From positions 177,808 to 241,807 of the forward strand of contig NIVC01001753.1 in NCBI GenBank assembly GCA_002269645.1: a stretch of 64,000 bases of DNA, in the 5' to 3' direction. The stretch comes from Macrostomum lignano (lineage: Eukaryota). Position 1 is the first letter of the stretch, and every line of letters starts with the position of its first letter. Positions 1 through 11,345 of the stretch are shown here, piece after piece. The position numbers and the translations under genes were made by a program. The notes under the pieces were generated by a model. It was not told the origin of the DNA. It did no database searches and saw only the letters and a program-made list of their open reading frames with translations.

Positions 1-41
1 CTCATACAAGCCTCATACATACTTTAATTGAAAAAATATAG

Positions 42-637
42 GTAGACCTCGATGCCTCATTCGGCAGTGGCGACGTCGGCAGTGGCAGTGGCAACGACGA
101 AGGCCCTGCCGACGTCACTATCCGCGGCCCTACGCGGGGAGCTAGCTTAAAGGGTGCCCGAAAGGCAGCAGGACAAGCAGAAGTCCTCCGGCGGCTCCTT
201 AACAACGATGACTCAGCAGTAACTGTTAGTGCTACCCGGAGCAAAGGCCGCGGAGCTTTTGCTGCGTGTGCCCTCGCCAGAGGAGCATACGTATGCGAGT
301 ATGCAGGTAAGCTTCTTAGCAAGACGGAATCCGACACTCGCTACGTCGAGCTCGCCGAGGCCGACAAAGACACGTTTTTTTTATTTAACTTTGATTTCAA
401 TGGCCGGGAATATGCTATCGACGCCACGGACACCGATCGCGTCGGTTCTTAAATCATTCTCGGACAAAAAAAAACTGCCGAGTAGTCACCACCGGTGTCC
501 AATGTCCGGGAGGCGTGATTCGACCGGCCCTATATTTCCAGACTACAAAATATGTTCCGAAGGGACGTGAACTTTTATTCGACTACGGCCCTAGGGACGC
601 GGAAACTCTGGAGAGTTGTAAGTGGCTGAACGATTAA
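42..637 (+). pseudogene. KMT5A/SETD8 (PR-Set7)-like SET-domain terminal exon with one frameshift at ~443-446; missed by the ORF track
   Basis: Frame starting at 42 (after a TAG acceptor at 39-41) reads ...SKGRGAFAACALARGAYVCEYAGKLLSKTESDTRY...YAIDATDTDRVG then stops at 450. The shifted frame from 443 reads RFLNHSRTKKNCRV...KGRELLFDYGPRDAETLESCKWLND* (stop 635-637). This follows SETD8 motifs GKGRG, VEYxG, DAT, RLINHS and ELLYDYGDR...PWL in order. Confidence 0.85.
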
Positions 638-1084
638 AATAAAACTCGTTCTAAAAATATTCCCGTCAGAAATCAATACAAGATAAAGCTTAAACATACT
701 TAAAAAATCGATTTAGATCACTTACAATTCTTTACTTAATAGCTTAATTGCTTAGTTGCTTAATACTTAATTACTTCATGGCTGATTTATTGCTCATAAT
801 TTTTTTCATTGACCTCCTTATATTTTCTTTTTTAATTTTTGGTTTGCTTAGTACTTCGTATTTTACTTTGCTTACAATTTTGTGTTGCTTTGCTTATCAT
901 TTTGCTTATTGGCTTGCTTTCCGCATTATTTTGCTTATTATTTTGCTTTTTGGTTTGATAATTGAAGATTTTCTTTCCCTAGTGTGCCATGCTTCGAAAA
1001 AAATAACATGGTCAATAATGAGATAAGAATGTCGCAGCATTTCCAAGAAATAAATTCGATTACTTAATTCGAAACTAATTAATG

Positions 1085-3600
1085 TAAAGTTCCCGGTCTT
1101 TTTATATTATTTCTAGAACCTGAAGGGAGAATAATGCTCCAGACATATACTCTAGAAAATCAGTACACTTTCTAAGAAGGTCGGTATACTGATATGAAGT
1201 TTCTTCACTTTAGCTTCTGGCCATCCTAGGTTTTGGTAGTCGGACTTTCAGTTGTGTAAACATTCTGAAATCGTGTATAGACCTCCTAAAGCGAAAAATA
1301 TCTTAAGTAGTTGTCAAACATTTTTCTATGCGGCCAAGTGAATCTCGACTTGGCTGTTGTGCGCTCTATTATGCTTGCCCATACAGTTAAGTAGTAAGTT
1401 TTTCAGCTCAAAGGTTAGGTACTATTGGGGCATTCAACTGCATGCTCTTGTTCTTAACCATACAAGTCCATATTATACACTTTATTATGAGTAGCGCAAT
1501 GAACGTTTGAGAGTCCTGAAGGTAACTCTCACCCTCGTCAGGAGAACCGACGTATGCCTATGTCAGAGTAGTAAGTTTTTCAGGGGACATGCAATATCTG
1601 TCGTGTCTTGACCATACTGTCTTTAATGCCTCGTATAAGAATGTTTAAAGTCAATTGTTACTCTGAGAATATATCAAGGAACTTATAAAAGTATTTTAGT
1701 AGAAATATGAGGGGCTATTCGCCCCTTACGAGGGGCATTTCGCCCCTCATAATTATAAGCCCATCTTGACTACTAAATATCGTCGCTCAGTAGAGTGATA
1801 AGCGTATCAAAATGACTGAGCGGACTCGGTCATACTGATATGACGTTACTTCACTTTAGCTTCTGGCCATCCTAGGTTTTGGTAGTCGGACTTTCAGTTG
1901 TGTAAAAATTCTGAAATCGTGTATAGACCTCCTAAAGCGAAAAAATATCCTAAGTAGTTGTCAAACATTTTTCTATGCGGCCAAGTGAATCTCGACTTGG
2001 CTTTTATTTGCTCTTTGATGTTTGCCAATATAGTGAGGAGTAAGATTTTCAACTCAGAGGTTAGGTACTATTGGGGCATTCAACTGCATGCTCTTGTTCT
2101 TAACCATACAAGTCCATGTTATACACTTTATTATGAGTAGCGCAATGAACGTTTGAGAGTCCTGAAGGTAACTCTCACCCTCGTCAGGAGAACCGACGTA
2201 TGCCTATGTCAGAGTAGTAAGTTTTTCAGGGGACATGCAATATCTGCCGTGTCTTGACCATACTGTCTTTAATGCCTCGTATAAGAATGTTTAAAGTCAA
2301 TTGTTACTCTGAGAATATATCAAGGAACTTATAAAAGTATTTTAGTAGAAATATGAGGGGCTATTCGCCCCTTACGAGGGGCATTTCGCCCCTCATAATT
2401 ATAAGCCTATCTTGACTACTTAATATCGTCGCTCAGTAGAGTGATAAGCGTAATAAAATGACTGAGCGCACTCTTGCGATAAAGCAAAGATATGATATAA
2501 ATTTCCCTGTCTTTTTATATTATTTCTGGAATCTGAAGAGAGAATAATGCTCCAGACCTATACTCTAGAAAATCAGTACACTTTCTAAGAAGGTCGATAT
2601 ACTGATATGAAGTTTCTTCACTTTAGCTTCTGGCCATCCTAGGTTTGTGTATTCGGACTTTCAGTTGTGTAAACATTCTGAAATCGTGTATAGACCTCCT
2701 AAAGCGAAAAATATCCTAAGTAGTTGTCAAACATTTTTCTATGCGGCCAAGTGAATCTCGACTTGGCTGTTGTGCGCTCTATTATGCTTGCCCATACAGT
2801 TAAGTAGTAAGTTTTTCAGCTCAAAGGTTAGGTACTATTGTGGCATTCAACTGCATGCTCTTGTTCTTAACCATACAAGTCCATGTTATACACTTTATTA
2901 TGAGTAGCGCAATGAACGTTTGAGAGTCCTGAAGGTAACTCTCACCCTCGTCAGGAGAACCGACGTATGCCTATGTCAGAGTAGTAAGTTTTTCAGGGGA
3001 CATGCAATATCTGGCATGTCATGACTATACTGTCTTTATTGCCTCTTATAAGAAGGTTTAAAGTCAATTGTTACTCTGAGAATATATCAAGGAACTTATA
3101 AAAGTATTTTAGTAGAAATATGAGGGGCTATTCGCCCCTTACGAGGGGCATTTCGCCCCTCATAATTATAAGCCCATCTTGACTACTAAATATCGTCGCT
3201 CAGTAGAGTGATAAGCGTAATAAAAGGACTGAGCGCACTCTTGCGATAAAGCAAAGATATGATATAAATTTCCCTGTCTTTTTATATTATTTCTGGAGTC
3301 TGAAGAGAGAATAATGCTCCAGACATCTACTCTAGAAAATCAGTACACTTTCTAAGAAGGTCGATATACTGATATGACGTTACTTCACTTTAGCTTCTGG
3401 CCATCCTAGGTTTTGGTAGTCGGACTTTCAGTTATGTAAATGTGTTCAAAGTCAATTGTTACTCAGAGAATATAGGAAAGGAACTTATAAAAGTGTTTTA
3501 GTAGAGATAGGAGGGGCTATTTGCCCCTCAAGAGGGGCATTTCGCCCCTCATAATTTTAAGCCCATCTTGACTACTAAATATCGTCGCTCAGTAGAGTGA
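1085..3600. repeat. Complex tandem array, ~650-770 bp unit, about 3.3 copies
   Basis: CTTCACTTTAGCTTCTGGCCATCC recurs at 1203, 1849, 2616 and 3383. Each unit has a double GAGGGGC..GCCCCT hairpin (~1709, 2354, 3123, 3511). Confidence 0.9.
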
Positions 3601-4585
3601 TAAGCGGATAATTCAGATCTAAATCTGAATCTCACCCTATTGGAAAAGAGGCACCCTGAGATCTCACTGTAGGATTGTAAGATTAGATAGTCCGTATAAT
3701 ATATGTTAGATGTGACCCCTATCTCATACCCGAAAAACGTATCTAAAGGTAAATCTCACCTAATCGGAAAAGTCTCACCCTGAGATCTCGGATTAGGATG
3801 GTATAGAAAATCCTAATGACAAGGTGACCTCTATCTCATACCTTGGAAAAGCGTCGAAAGTAAATGTCACTCTATTAAGCTTTTTGGGTTAATTCCCCTC
3901 CTGACCGCCTACGGAGGTCAATGGACCTCAAATAGTGGCTTAGGTTGATAGAGAAACGAAAGGATTTATAGATTGTATTGCGGAAAAAAAAGAAAAAAAT
4001 ACATGTATTCTTATGGTGAGGGGCTTCTCGCACATGGCGAGGGGCTTCTCGCGCCCCCTGGAGGGTTTAATAATTTTAAGCCCATCTTGACTACTAAATA
4101 TCGTCGCTCAGTAGAGTGATAAGCGGATAATTCAGATCTAAATCTGAATCTCACCCTATTGGAAAAGAGGCACCCTGAGATCTCACTGTAGGATTGTAAG
4201 ATTAGATAGTCCGTATAATATATGTTAGATGTGACCCCTATCTCATACCCGAAAAACGTATCTAAAGGTAAATCTCACCTAATCGGAAAAGTCTCACCCT
4301 GAGATCTCGGATTAGGATGGTATAGAAAATCCTAATGACAAGGTGACCTCTATCTCATACCTTGGAAAAGCGTCAAAAGTAAATGTCACTCTATTAAGCT
4401 TTTTTGGGTTAATTCCCCCCCTGACCGCCTACGGAGGTCAAGGGACCTCAAATAGTGGCTTAGGTTGATAGAGAAACGAAAGGATTTATAGATTGTATTG
4501 CGGAAAAAAAAAGAAAAAAATACATGTATTCTTATGGTGAGGGGCTTCTCGCACATGGCGAGGGGCTTCTCGCGCCCCCTGGAGG
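3552..4585. repeat. Tandem duplication with a 519-bp period
   Basis: TAATTTTAAGCCCATCTTGACTAC... starts at 3552 and 4071, and the following ~500 bp are near-identical. Confidence 0.9.
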
Positions 4586-4772
4586 GGCGTTTCGCAAGGT
4601 AAGGGGCGAAGAGCCCCTCGCCGCGAGAACCCCCTCGTGAGGGGGTTAGTCCGCCAGGAGCCCCTCGGATGCAGATTAGGGTTTTGGTTAGGGTTAGAAT
4701 TTTGACAGGAGATTTTTTAAGATTTCAAGGCTACATGTAGCTTATTAAAAATACGTGTATTGCATTTCTTTG

Positions 4773-4801
4773 GCTCCCCAACGGGGGGCGTAGATTGCTA
4801 G
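4773..4801 (+). mobile_element. Canonical Helitron 3' terminus; the element extends leftwards, probably beyond the window start
   Basis: GC-rich hairpin GCTCCCC-AAC-GGGGGGC (4773-4789), an 8-nt spacer, CTAG (4798-4801), then T, as expected for insertion at an AT dinucleotide. Confidence 0.7.
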
Positions 4802-4915
4802 TAAATGCTAAAGCTGAAAAGCAGTTATACAGCCCTATTTTTCTGAATTTAGAGTTTGCGAATGCTTAGGATGAAAAGCATAGTTTAACACGCAGAGACT
4901 TGCAACAAGACTCAC

Positions 4916-5151
4916 CTAGCTGTCGTCCCCTCTTTGCGGCCGGAGGCTGAGACTGCTGCTGCTGCTGCTGTGAGGGGCCTGCTCGCCCCCACAAAGCTGA
5001 AATAGCGGCTTCAGCGGCTGGGCGTTTTGATGCCATTCTTTGCTTCTGCTTCTTCTTCTGCGGCTGCTGCTGCTGCGATTGCGGCTGATGCTGCTGTGAT
5101 TGCGGCTGTGACTGCTGATGCCGATACTCCTGCAATCTCCTTTATGTACCC
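4916..5151 (-). other. Possible Gln-rich orphan exon
   Basis: Minus-strand CCCTTCCTACAG acceptor and CTAG|GTGAGT donor flank an open Q-rich frame (MASKRPAAEAAISALWGRAGPSQQQ...). No partner exon or homology was recognised. Confidence 0.3.
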
Positions 5152-5228
5152 CTGTAGGAAGGGATGCCGCAAACAGAATGCGCGCGGTGTGCATTATTTC
5201 TCTTTCCCCTGTACTGCATTTGCAAATT

Positions 5229-5425
5229 AGTGTACAATTGTACACTCAGACCCCAACTTGGTATAGAAAAGTTGGGGTCTGAAAATACCCCATCATTTTC
5301 GTTCTCGCACAGATTGTAATTGGATCTTAGTGTATCTAGCCAACCGGTAGTGCTGTAGGAACGAAAAATGCAGACTGCAGTCTCACCTCCTCAGAGTACA
5401 GTCGCTTTCGCAGGTATATAAAGGA
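5229..5425 (+). promoter_or_regulatory. Palindrome/hairpin cluster followed by a TATA box
   Basis: Perfect 18-bp palindrome AGTGTACAATTGTACACT (5229-5246). A 14-bp-stem hairpin TCAGACCCCAACTT/AAGTTGGGGTCTGA (5246-5282). Palindrome AGACTGCAGTCT (~5372-5383). GTATATAAAGG at ~5415. Confidence 0.55.
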
Positions 5426-6167
5426 CGACGCTGGAGTTGAAATTTTTCAGAATTCTCGCTCTGACACTCTCAGCATCAGCAGCAGCATCAGTCGCTCTCT
5501 TTCTCCGTGAAACTCTGTTAAAATGTCTATTCCACTTGTTGATGAAATATTTTAAAATTGTTCTTCTTCTGGTCTCTCACTTCTATGGCTCTGTCTATTT
5601 CAAATATCAATGTGAGAGCCAAATAACTGAGGCGGCGGATTCAACTGACTTTTCCTGATGATGCAAAACACTTGATAGTAACTTACAGACCGTTGTATTT
5701 GATGGTCACAATCTCGAGATGTTATCTTACAAAATATGATGTCTAAGATGGAATTCCAAATAAGAAGCTCGTTTTGTTCGAGTTCCAAGGGGTTTCCAAG
5801 TTTTCGGGTGAACCGAAGGTTCAGTCTATTGTGGAACGTGGGTTGGTTGTTGTTTTGGTTTTAGTGAGTCAATTTATCAGTTTTAGTATTTGGGTTGAGA
5901 CCCTAACTGTGTCAATCAAAAGTAGTCAGAGTAGGTATGTTAGAATAGCGAGAAGAGAGAAGAGAGGCGAAAGAGAGGCGAGGCAAGGCGAGCTCCTTGC
6001 TTGGTTAAAATGGGCTTTTATAGTACTTTTCAGTCTTGATCGCATTGGATAGTACATAGCTGCTTTTCATTGGTTGAGGTTGGGGTCGTGTCCCCAGCTT
6101 TTGCTAGTTGGAGCGCATTCATTGGTTAAAATACATTCAATCTGGATGGGAACTTTCTAGAGCCAAA

Positions 6168-6878
6168 ATGTGTCACTTCATTGAAAATTACGTGGTGCGC
6201 AAGCCCACATTCGATACTGATCGAGAACTGATTAAGATTCGGCGTTTCTACACCGACAAGAAAGGCAACTACAAGCACGGTTTCCAAGGCGTGTTTCTGA
6301 CTCGCATCGAGTGGCAGCATCTTAAGCGGGCGCGCTGGATTATTGAGTCTCTGCGGATCCGTGACTACTCTCGTCATGAAAGGTTTCAGCTGGGCGAGAG
6401 CGGTCGCAAGATTCTGGAAGTGAAAAACAACCAGATTTGGCTGCATCGCAACAACCCGGCCGACTCCGACAACGGATGCTGCGATGAGGGCGAGCGCTGG
6501 AAATACTCAATCAAGTTGAGCATTAAATTGTGGACTGCTCTAATGGATGCTGACGTTGATTCGCTGTTTGTCTCGCAGTCGCCGCCACCGCTGCCAAGAC
6601 GACGGCTTCAGAGCCAGCATCGTGGTTCAACGGCAGCAGCAGCAACAGCAATGATGATAGACGGTAAGGGTAGCCGCTGCCGCCGCAGTGCTGACACCCC
6701 GCCGCCGATTGAACTGCAGCCGCCGCCGGTGAAGAAGCTTCCCACTACGGCTACGGCTGGCAGCGAAGGCGACGGCAGCAGCGGCAACGGCAGCTACAAG
6801 TGGTGGTACTCGTTTCCTCCGGACTCGACTGAGGAATTCCAAGCTATGCCTGGGAGGCGGGGCGCATATATTGGTTAA
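6168..6878 (+). CDS. Tandem PC4/SUB1-like (putative ssDNA-binding) domain protein, solo copy, 236 aa from the first ATG
   Basis: LIKIRRFYTDKKGNYKHGFQGVFLTRIEWQHLK resembles the PC4 core (IDIREYW...KPGRKGISLNPEQWSQLK). A second, weaker repeat reads FQLGESGRK...SIKLSIKLWTAL. The tail is low-complexity. Confidence 0.6.
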   Translation: MCHFIENYVVRKPTFDTDRELIKIRRFYTDKKGNYKHGFQGVFLTRIEWQHLKRARWIIESLRIRDYSRHERFQLGESGRKILEVKNNQIWLHRNNPADSDNGCCDEGERWKYSIKLSIKLWTALMDADVDSLFVSQSPPPLPRRRLQSQHRGSTAAAATAMMIDGKGSRCRRSADTPPPIELQPPPVKKLPTTATAGSEGDGSSGNGSYKWWYSFPPDSTEEFQAMPGRRGAYIG

Positions 6879-7667
6879 ACTAAAGGGGAACGGATAAGGC
6901 TTGCTACTCCTACGCGACTCTGTCAATTCAACCATTCCCGAACCGCGACTGCTCGACAACCCATTATGGCTATGCAAGCCCAACTCGAAAGGACGAGGAA
7001 GACGGCGGATCAATGGTGGTGGCTCTGTCGGCGGTTGTGGGAACTCGAGTTGCTGCTGGAGGACGGCTGGCCCCGTGACACGAAGCGGGGTGCTCGGCGG
7101 GGTTCACGGCTCCTGTCAGCGTTCAGACGGCTAATCACACCCGTCCGCAAGTGACCTCAGTGCCAAATCAAGGAATCAGTGATCCAAGTCACTGAGCCGG
7201 TCTCTGAGCTCGGTTTCAATGATAACCTTAGAGAACAACTCACAGAAGCAGTGACAATTTAGGTCATTCATTCAAACTACTGGGCTAAAAAACTCGGCTA
7301 TATTTTGCAGTCATCTGGAATATTGCATTCGATCTGAAAATTTTAAACTGAGTTTGAATACTCGTAAATAAAGCATTTACAGAAATGCAATTAGCTTGTA
7401 TTTAGTTTTTTTAAAACAAAGAAGCAAACAGATTGTTCGGGTTCTTCTCGATAGCCACAGTCACGTGCATTCTCATCGAGCCTTGGTGAAGTAGCACCTC
7501 AGCAGCCTCTCTATGATCTCGACAGCCGAGTTGTACAAGTCCATGTCGAAGCTGGAGCTCTGCGAGTCGGAGAACACCGTGGCCGACTCTGTGACTCGGA
7601 TCTGCGGACTGTGGGGCAGAGGCGGCAGGGGCTGATGAACTGGCTAAGCTGGGATAGATGGGCTTAT

Positions 7668-7960
7668 GGGATCTGGGAGGCTGGCCCAGCAACTGAGCAT
7701 CTGGGAGGCTGGCCCAGCAACTGAGGATCTGGGAGGCTGGCCCAGCAACTGAGGATCTATGAGGCTGGCCCAGCAACTGAGGATCTGGGAGGCTGGCCCA
7801 GCAACTGAGGATCTGGGAGGCTGGCCTAGTAACTGAGGATCTAGGAGGCTGGCCCAGCAACTGAGGATCTGGGAGGCTGGCCTAGCAACTGAGGATCTGA
7901 GAGGCTGGCCCAGCAACTGAGGATCTGCGAAGCTGGCCCAGCAACTGAGGATCTGGGAGA
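7668..7960. repeat. 28-bp minisatellite (CTGGGAGGCTGGCCCAGCAACTGAGGAT)n
   Basis: About 10 copies with period 28 (7673, 7701, ...). Confidence 0.95.
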
Positions 7961-8060
7961 CTGTAAGTGTAAAACAAACATGTTTTATTAATAAAGAAAC
8001 TTTATAAGGGTTCACAGGAACAAGAGCTTTATGAGCTACTCAATTTATGATAATTGAGTA

Positions 8061-8575
8061 AATTGTAAGTTTTTCTGCAATATAATTGTAAGAATGCCAA
8101 GTACAAAAATGTCCTATCACTCTACTGACACAAGTAGCATTTGAAGCTTTTATATCTTGCTTATATATCTAGCTTATAATCCTAGACAAGCCTAGAATTA
8201 CATGCATGGGAACTATATATGTTATATATACAGCAAGTCATAATTCATACAATAAGTCATAAGCCAAGTCATTTTAAGCCTCAGTTTTTGTGCCAAATTG
8301 AACTTTGTAGGGCTTAGATTCCGCATTGCCGCGAGGTTCAAACATTATTTGGCAGCTAGGGGGGTGGGGTATCCCAATATAGCAAATTGAAATTGTCATG
8401 CAAAATTAGATTGTAAGAATTGTCACTCCATAAATGTATACTACCCTACTTATACAAGTAGCACTAGAGCGCATCATAATTGAATAAATTGTAAGTTTTT
8501 CTGCAATATAGTTGTAAGAATGTCAAGTACAAAAATGTCCTATCATTCTACTGACAGAATTAGCATTTGAAGCTT
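8061..8575. repeat. Dispersed ~90-bp direct duplication
   Basis: AATTGTAAGTTTTTCTGCAATATA...AGCATTTGAAGCTT occurs at ~8061-8150 and ~8487-8575. Confidence 0.8.
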
Positions 8576-10845
8576 ATAAAAATTAAACAAATTGTAATTT
8601 TCCACCAAATAAAATTGCAATTTGAGTCAATTGCCTCAAGAAAATTGCAAGGTTTAAAATTTTTGCACAATTTGGGGGGTCATGTGAACAATGCACACCT
8701 GCCTGCCTGACCTGTCGGTGTCGGCAATAGCAAATTTGCCAGCAACGTCATTGACTTGTATTGACTTGGCGTGAAGGAATCCACAAGTTCCATCAGAGTC
8801 TCCCCAGTGTTCCGTGTGCCAGAATGATATATGTTTGGTAGCTATGATAGCTATGCCATGATAAATTGGTATGGCTATATTTAGTACATTACTAAAACTT
8901 TTAGAGCTACAATTTAGCTGATATTTGGTCTTCTCTTTGCTTTAGCTTTATTTAAAATTTTAGCTTTCCCTTACTAATATAGTGTAGTTTTCAGAAAATT
9001 CTAGATTTTTTAAAACAAAAAGCTGCGCAAGTTTGCAAGCATAGGGCCTATGAATATTTTATTATTTTATACACAAAATGCTTTTTATACAAAAAATTGT
9101 CTTTGAGTATTATAACCTAATATTAGCTCAATTTTTATACCAAAGAGCTTGCTTGCACAATAGCCATGCACATATACCTATTATTGAATTGCATGCATGG
9201 CACAGCAGCTAGCAATTGATTTAATCAATTTTAATCAATTGAGAATTGGGGTCCTTGAATCAATGCATTGGCATTGGCAAACCTAATTAAAAATTATTGT
9301 TATTAGATTGTTTTATAATGTTATATCGCACATAAAGAATAAAACTAAAATTATAACTATTATTATAAATATAAACCTACAATAGGTGTAATCTGTGCTA
9401 ATTCCATCAATGGGACATTGGCCTAGAATAACTAGTAGAAAGAAGTAGAAAGATAGGCATAGATAAGCATAATAGGCTTACTTAAAAGTCAAAGCCCTTA
9501 GCTAAAAGTTAGTCATAAAGCCTAAGTTGTAAGACCCACCAGGTCCAGGCCTAATATTGGAGATAGACTAGAGATTAGAGCCAATGAATAAAGAATTAAA
9601 GCATTAACAAAAATGCAATAGTTAAGTTTCAAAACAGAAGTAAATGAGTTCTTGTATATATTGTATAGATTCAAATCTCATTTAATCTTGATGTATTAAC
9701 ACTTTAACACTTTCAACAATTATTAAGGAGTATGCCGCCGAAACGACCTGGAAGGAAGCCTAAACGCGCTACCTACGGGCGTCCATTCGAGTCTAAAACG
9801 AAGCCGCCAGCCGTCGCTATTGATTGCAAGACAGGCGAACCTGCTGCTGCTGCTGCTGCTGCTGCTACTGCTCTTGAGCCTGAATCAAGCACACCTGCTG
9901 TCGCTACTGTTGTATCGGAAGTTACGAATTTCGCAGTTGCTGCTGCTGCTTCTGGTGGTTCTGACAATGTTGTTGCTGCTGAAGATGCGACTGTAGACTA
10001 TGAATTGCGCAATGCTGCTGCTGCTTTGAAGGAGAGTGGATTGTGTGACGAAACTCGTGGTAAGCTTGTGTTACTCCTTGCCATTGCCAACTTTCACATA
10101 CGAATAGATTGTAACGGAACTGGAATAGTTGGATTCAGATGTCATGAAAGTTGGATGATAAAGTTTAGAATGCTGTTTTATGTATATGCTTGAATTATAA
10201 GCCTATAACTTAGTATTATACTCACCCTAATGTGCTTCAGACTGCCCAATTGCTGTTGTCGTGTCTACTACTGATGAATTAGCAGGACAACAAGCTGAAT
10301 TGGACGAAGCTGCTGCTGCACTCAGAGAAGCAGGTTTTGGCCACACTGACGGTAAGCCCTGCCTTAGTTTAGTGTCTATTTTGGGTGGCATAGTTTTTTA
10401 AATCAAGATTTTGAAATTTAATATAATAAATGCTAATATAGAATCTACAAGTATTAAGATTGGAATGTTTGGCCATATCTCAGATTTCTCAATGCAGACA
10501 TTCCACAACTGTTAATTTGTATTTCGTCAATGTAGCATTTTAGAGAAAAGCGATTTTGAAAAGTCATGGTTCGAACAAGGAATATTCTTTCATCAATATT
10601 TAAAGCGCCATTATCGAACCAGTCTCGTTAGTATTTTTGCTGGTTGGGTGGGTTTTAATGGAAAATTAAGATTAATAGTTTCAGTTTTGGAAGTGGGGTT
10701 TTCGGTAGTCACTTAAGTCACTGCAGCTATAAGTTGTTTGAGGGTTGTAAAGCACTAGCACTATAGTTCTGTAAAAGCAGACAGACCAAGTGGTAAGCTG
10801 ATCCAATTTTTTGTTACAAAAAGTACATGTCTTTTAACTTCAAAG

Positions 10846-11345
10846 GTGTCGCGACTCTGGAAGACGACACAGAGGACCGAGTGAGTCTGGCGAGGCTACA
10901 AGTTGGCCGTGCCCCACAATGGGTGCCCTTGTCTGCCTGCTGGTTGAAGCGCATCGCAGGTGATGGAAACTGGTTCTTTTCGGCTCTGTCGGATCAATTG
11001 CAAGGCACAGCTTTGGAAATGAACGCAGATAATCTTCGACAAGCGCTGGCAATTCAGCTAGAGAATTGGATCGACAGTGCGGAGAACGACACTGGCATTT
11101 CCGAAGCAGAGTGGCGCGATTTGTTGGTAAAGACCAAACGGAAAGGCGAATATGTTTCTGACCACGTGGCTTCAGCAGCAGCTAGACTGCTTGGCATTGA
11201 GATCTAGCTCGTATGTGTACCAGAACATGGACGCTGGTTCTAATCTCGACGGCATTTATCTAGGCCCAGTCGGTGTGGAACCGCGAGCGACAGTTTGATT
11301 GCATTTTAATCGGCAAGCTGAGCATTACCAGTCGGTACATGTGCG
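10846..11345 (+). pseudogene. OTU-like cysteine protease domain, disrupted
   Basis: RIAGDGNWFFSALS (OTU GDGNC motif with C>W), ...GEYVSDHVASAAARLL, and a shifted frame giving HFNRQAEHYQSV (His motif). Stops at ~11205 and ~11296. Confidence 0.75.

Noticed and set aside
4677-4698. Telomeric TTAGGG motifs
   Set aside because: Only two or three imperfect units; too short to call an interstitial telomere array.
7668-7960. CRISPR-like appearance of the short direct repeats here and at 52120, 53235 and 61191
   Set aside because: The units are contiguous with no unique spacers, no cas genes are present, and the context is eukaryotic.
10770-10791. Possible micro-exon of the Helitron gene (…AG|CAGACAGACCAAGTG|GTAAG)
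   Set aside because: Phase-compatible but the acceptor is weak and it is not needed for the frame; it cannot be supported without RNA data.
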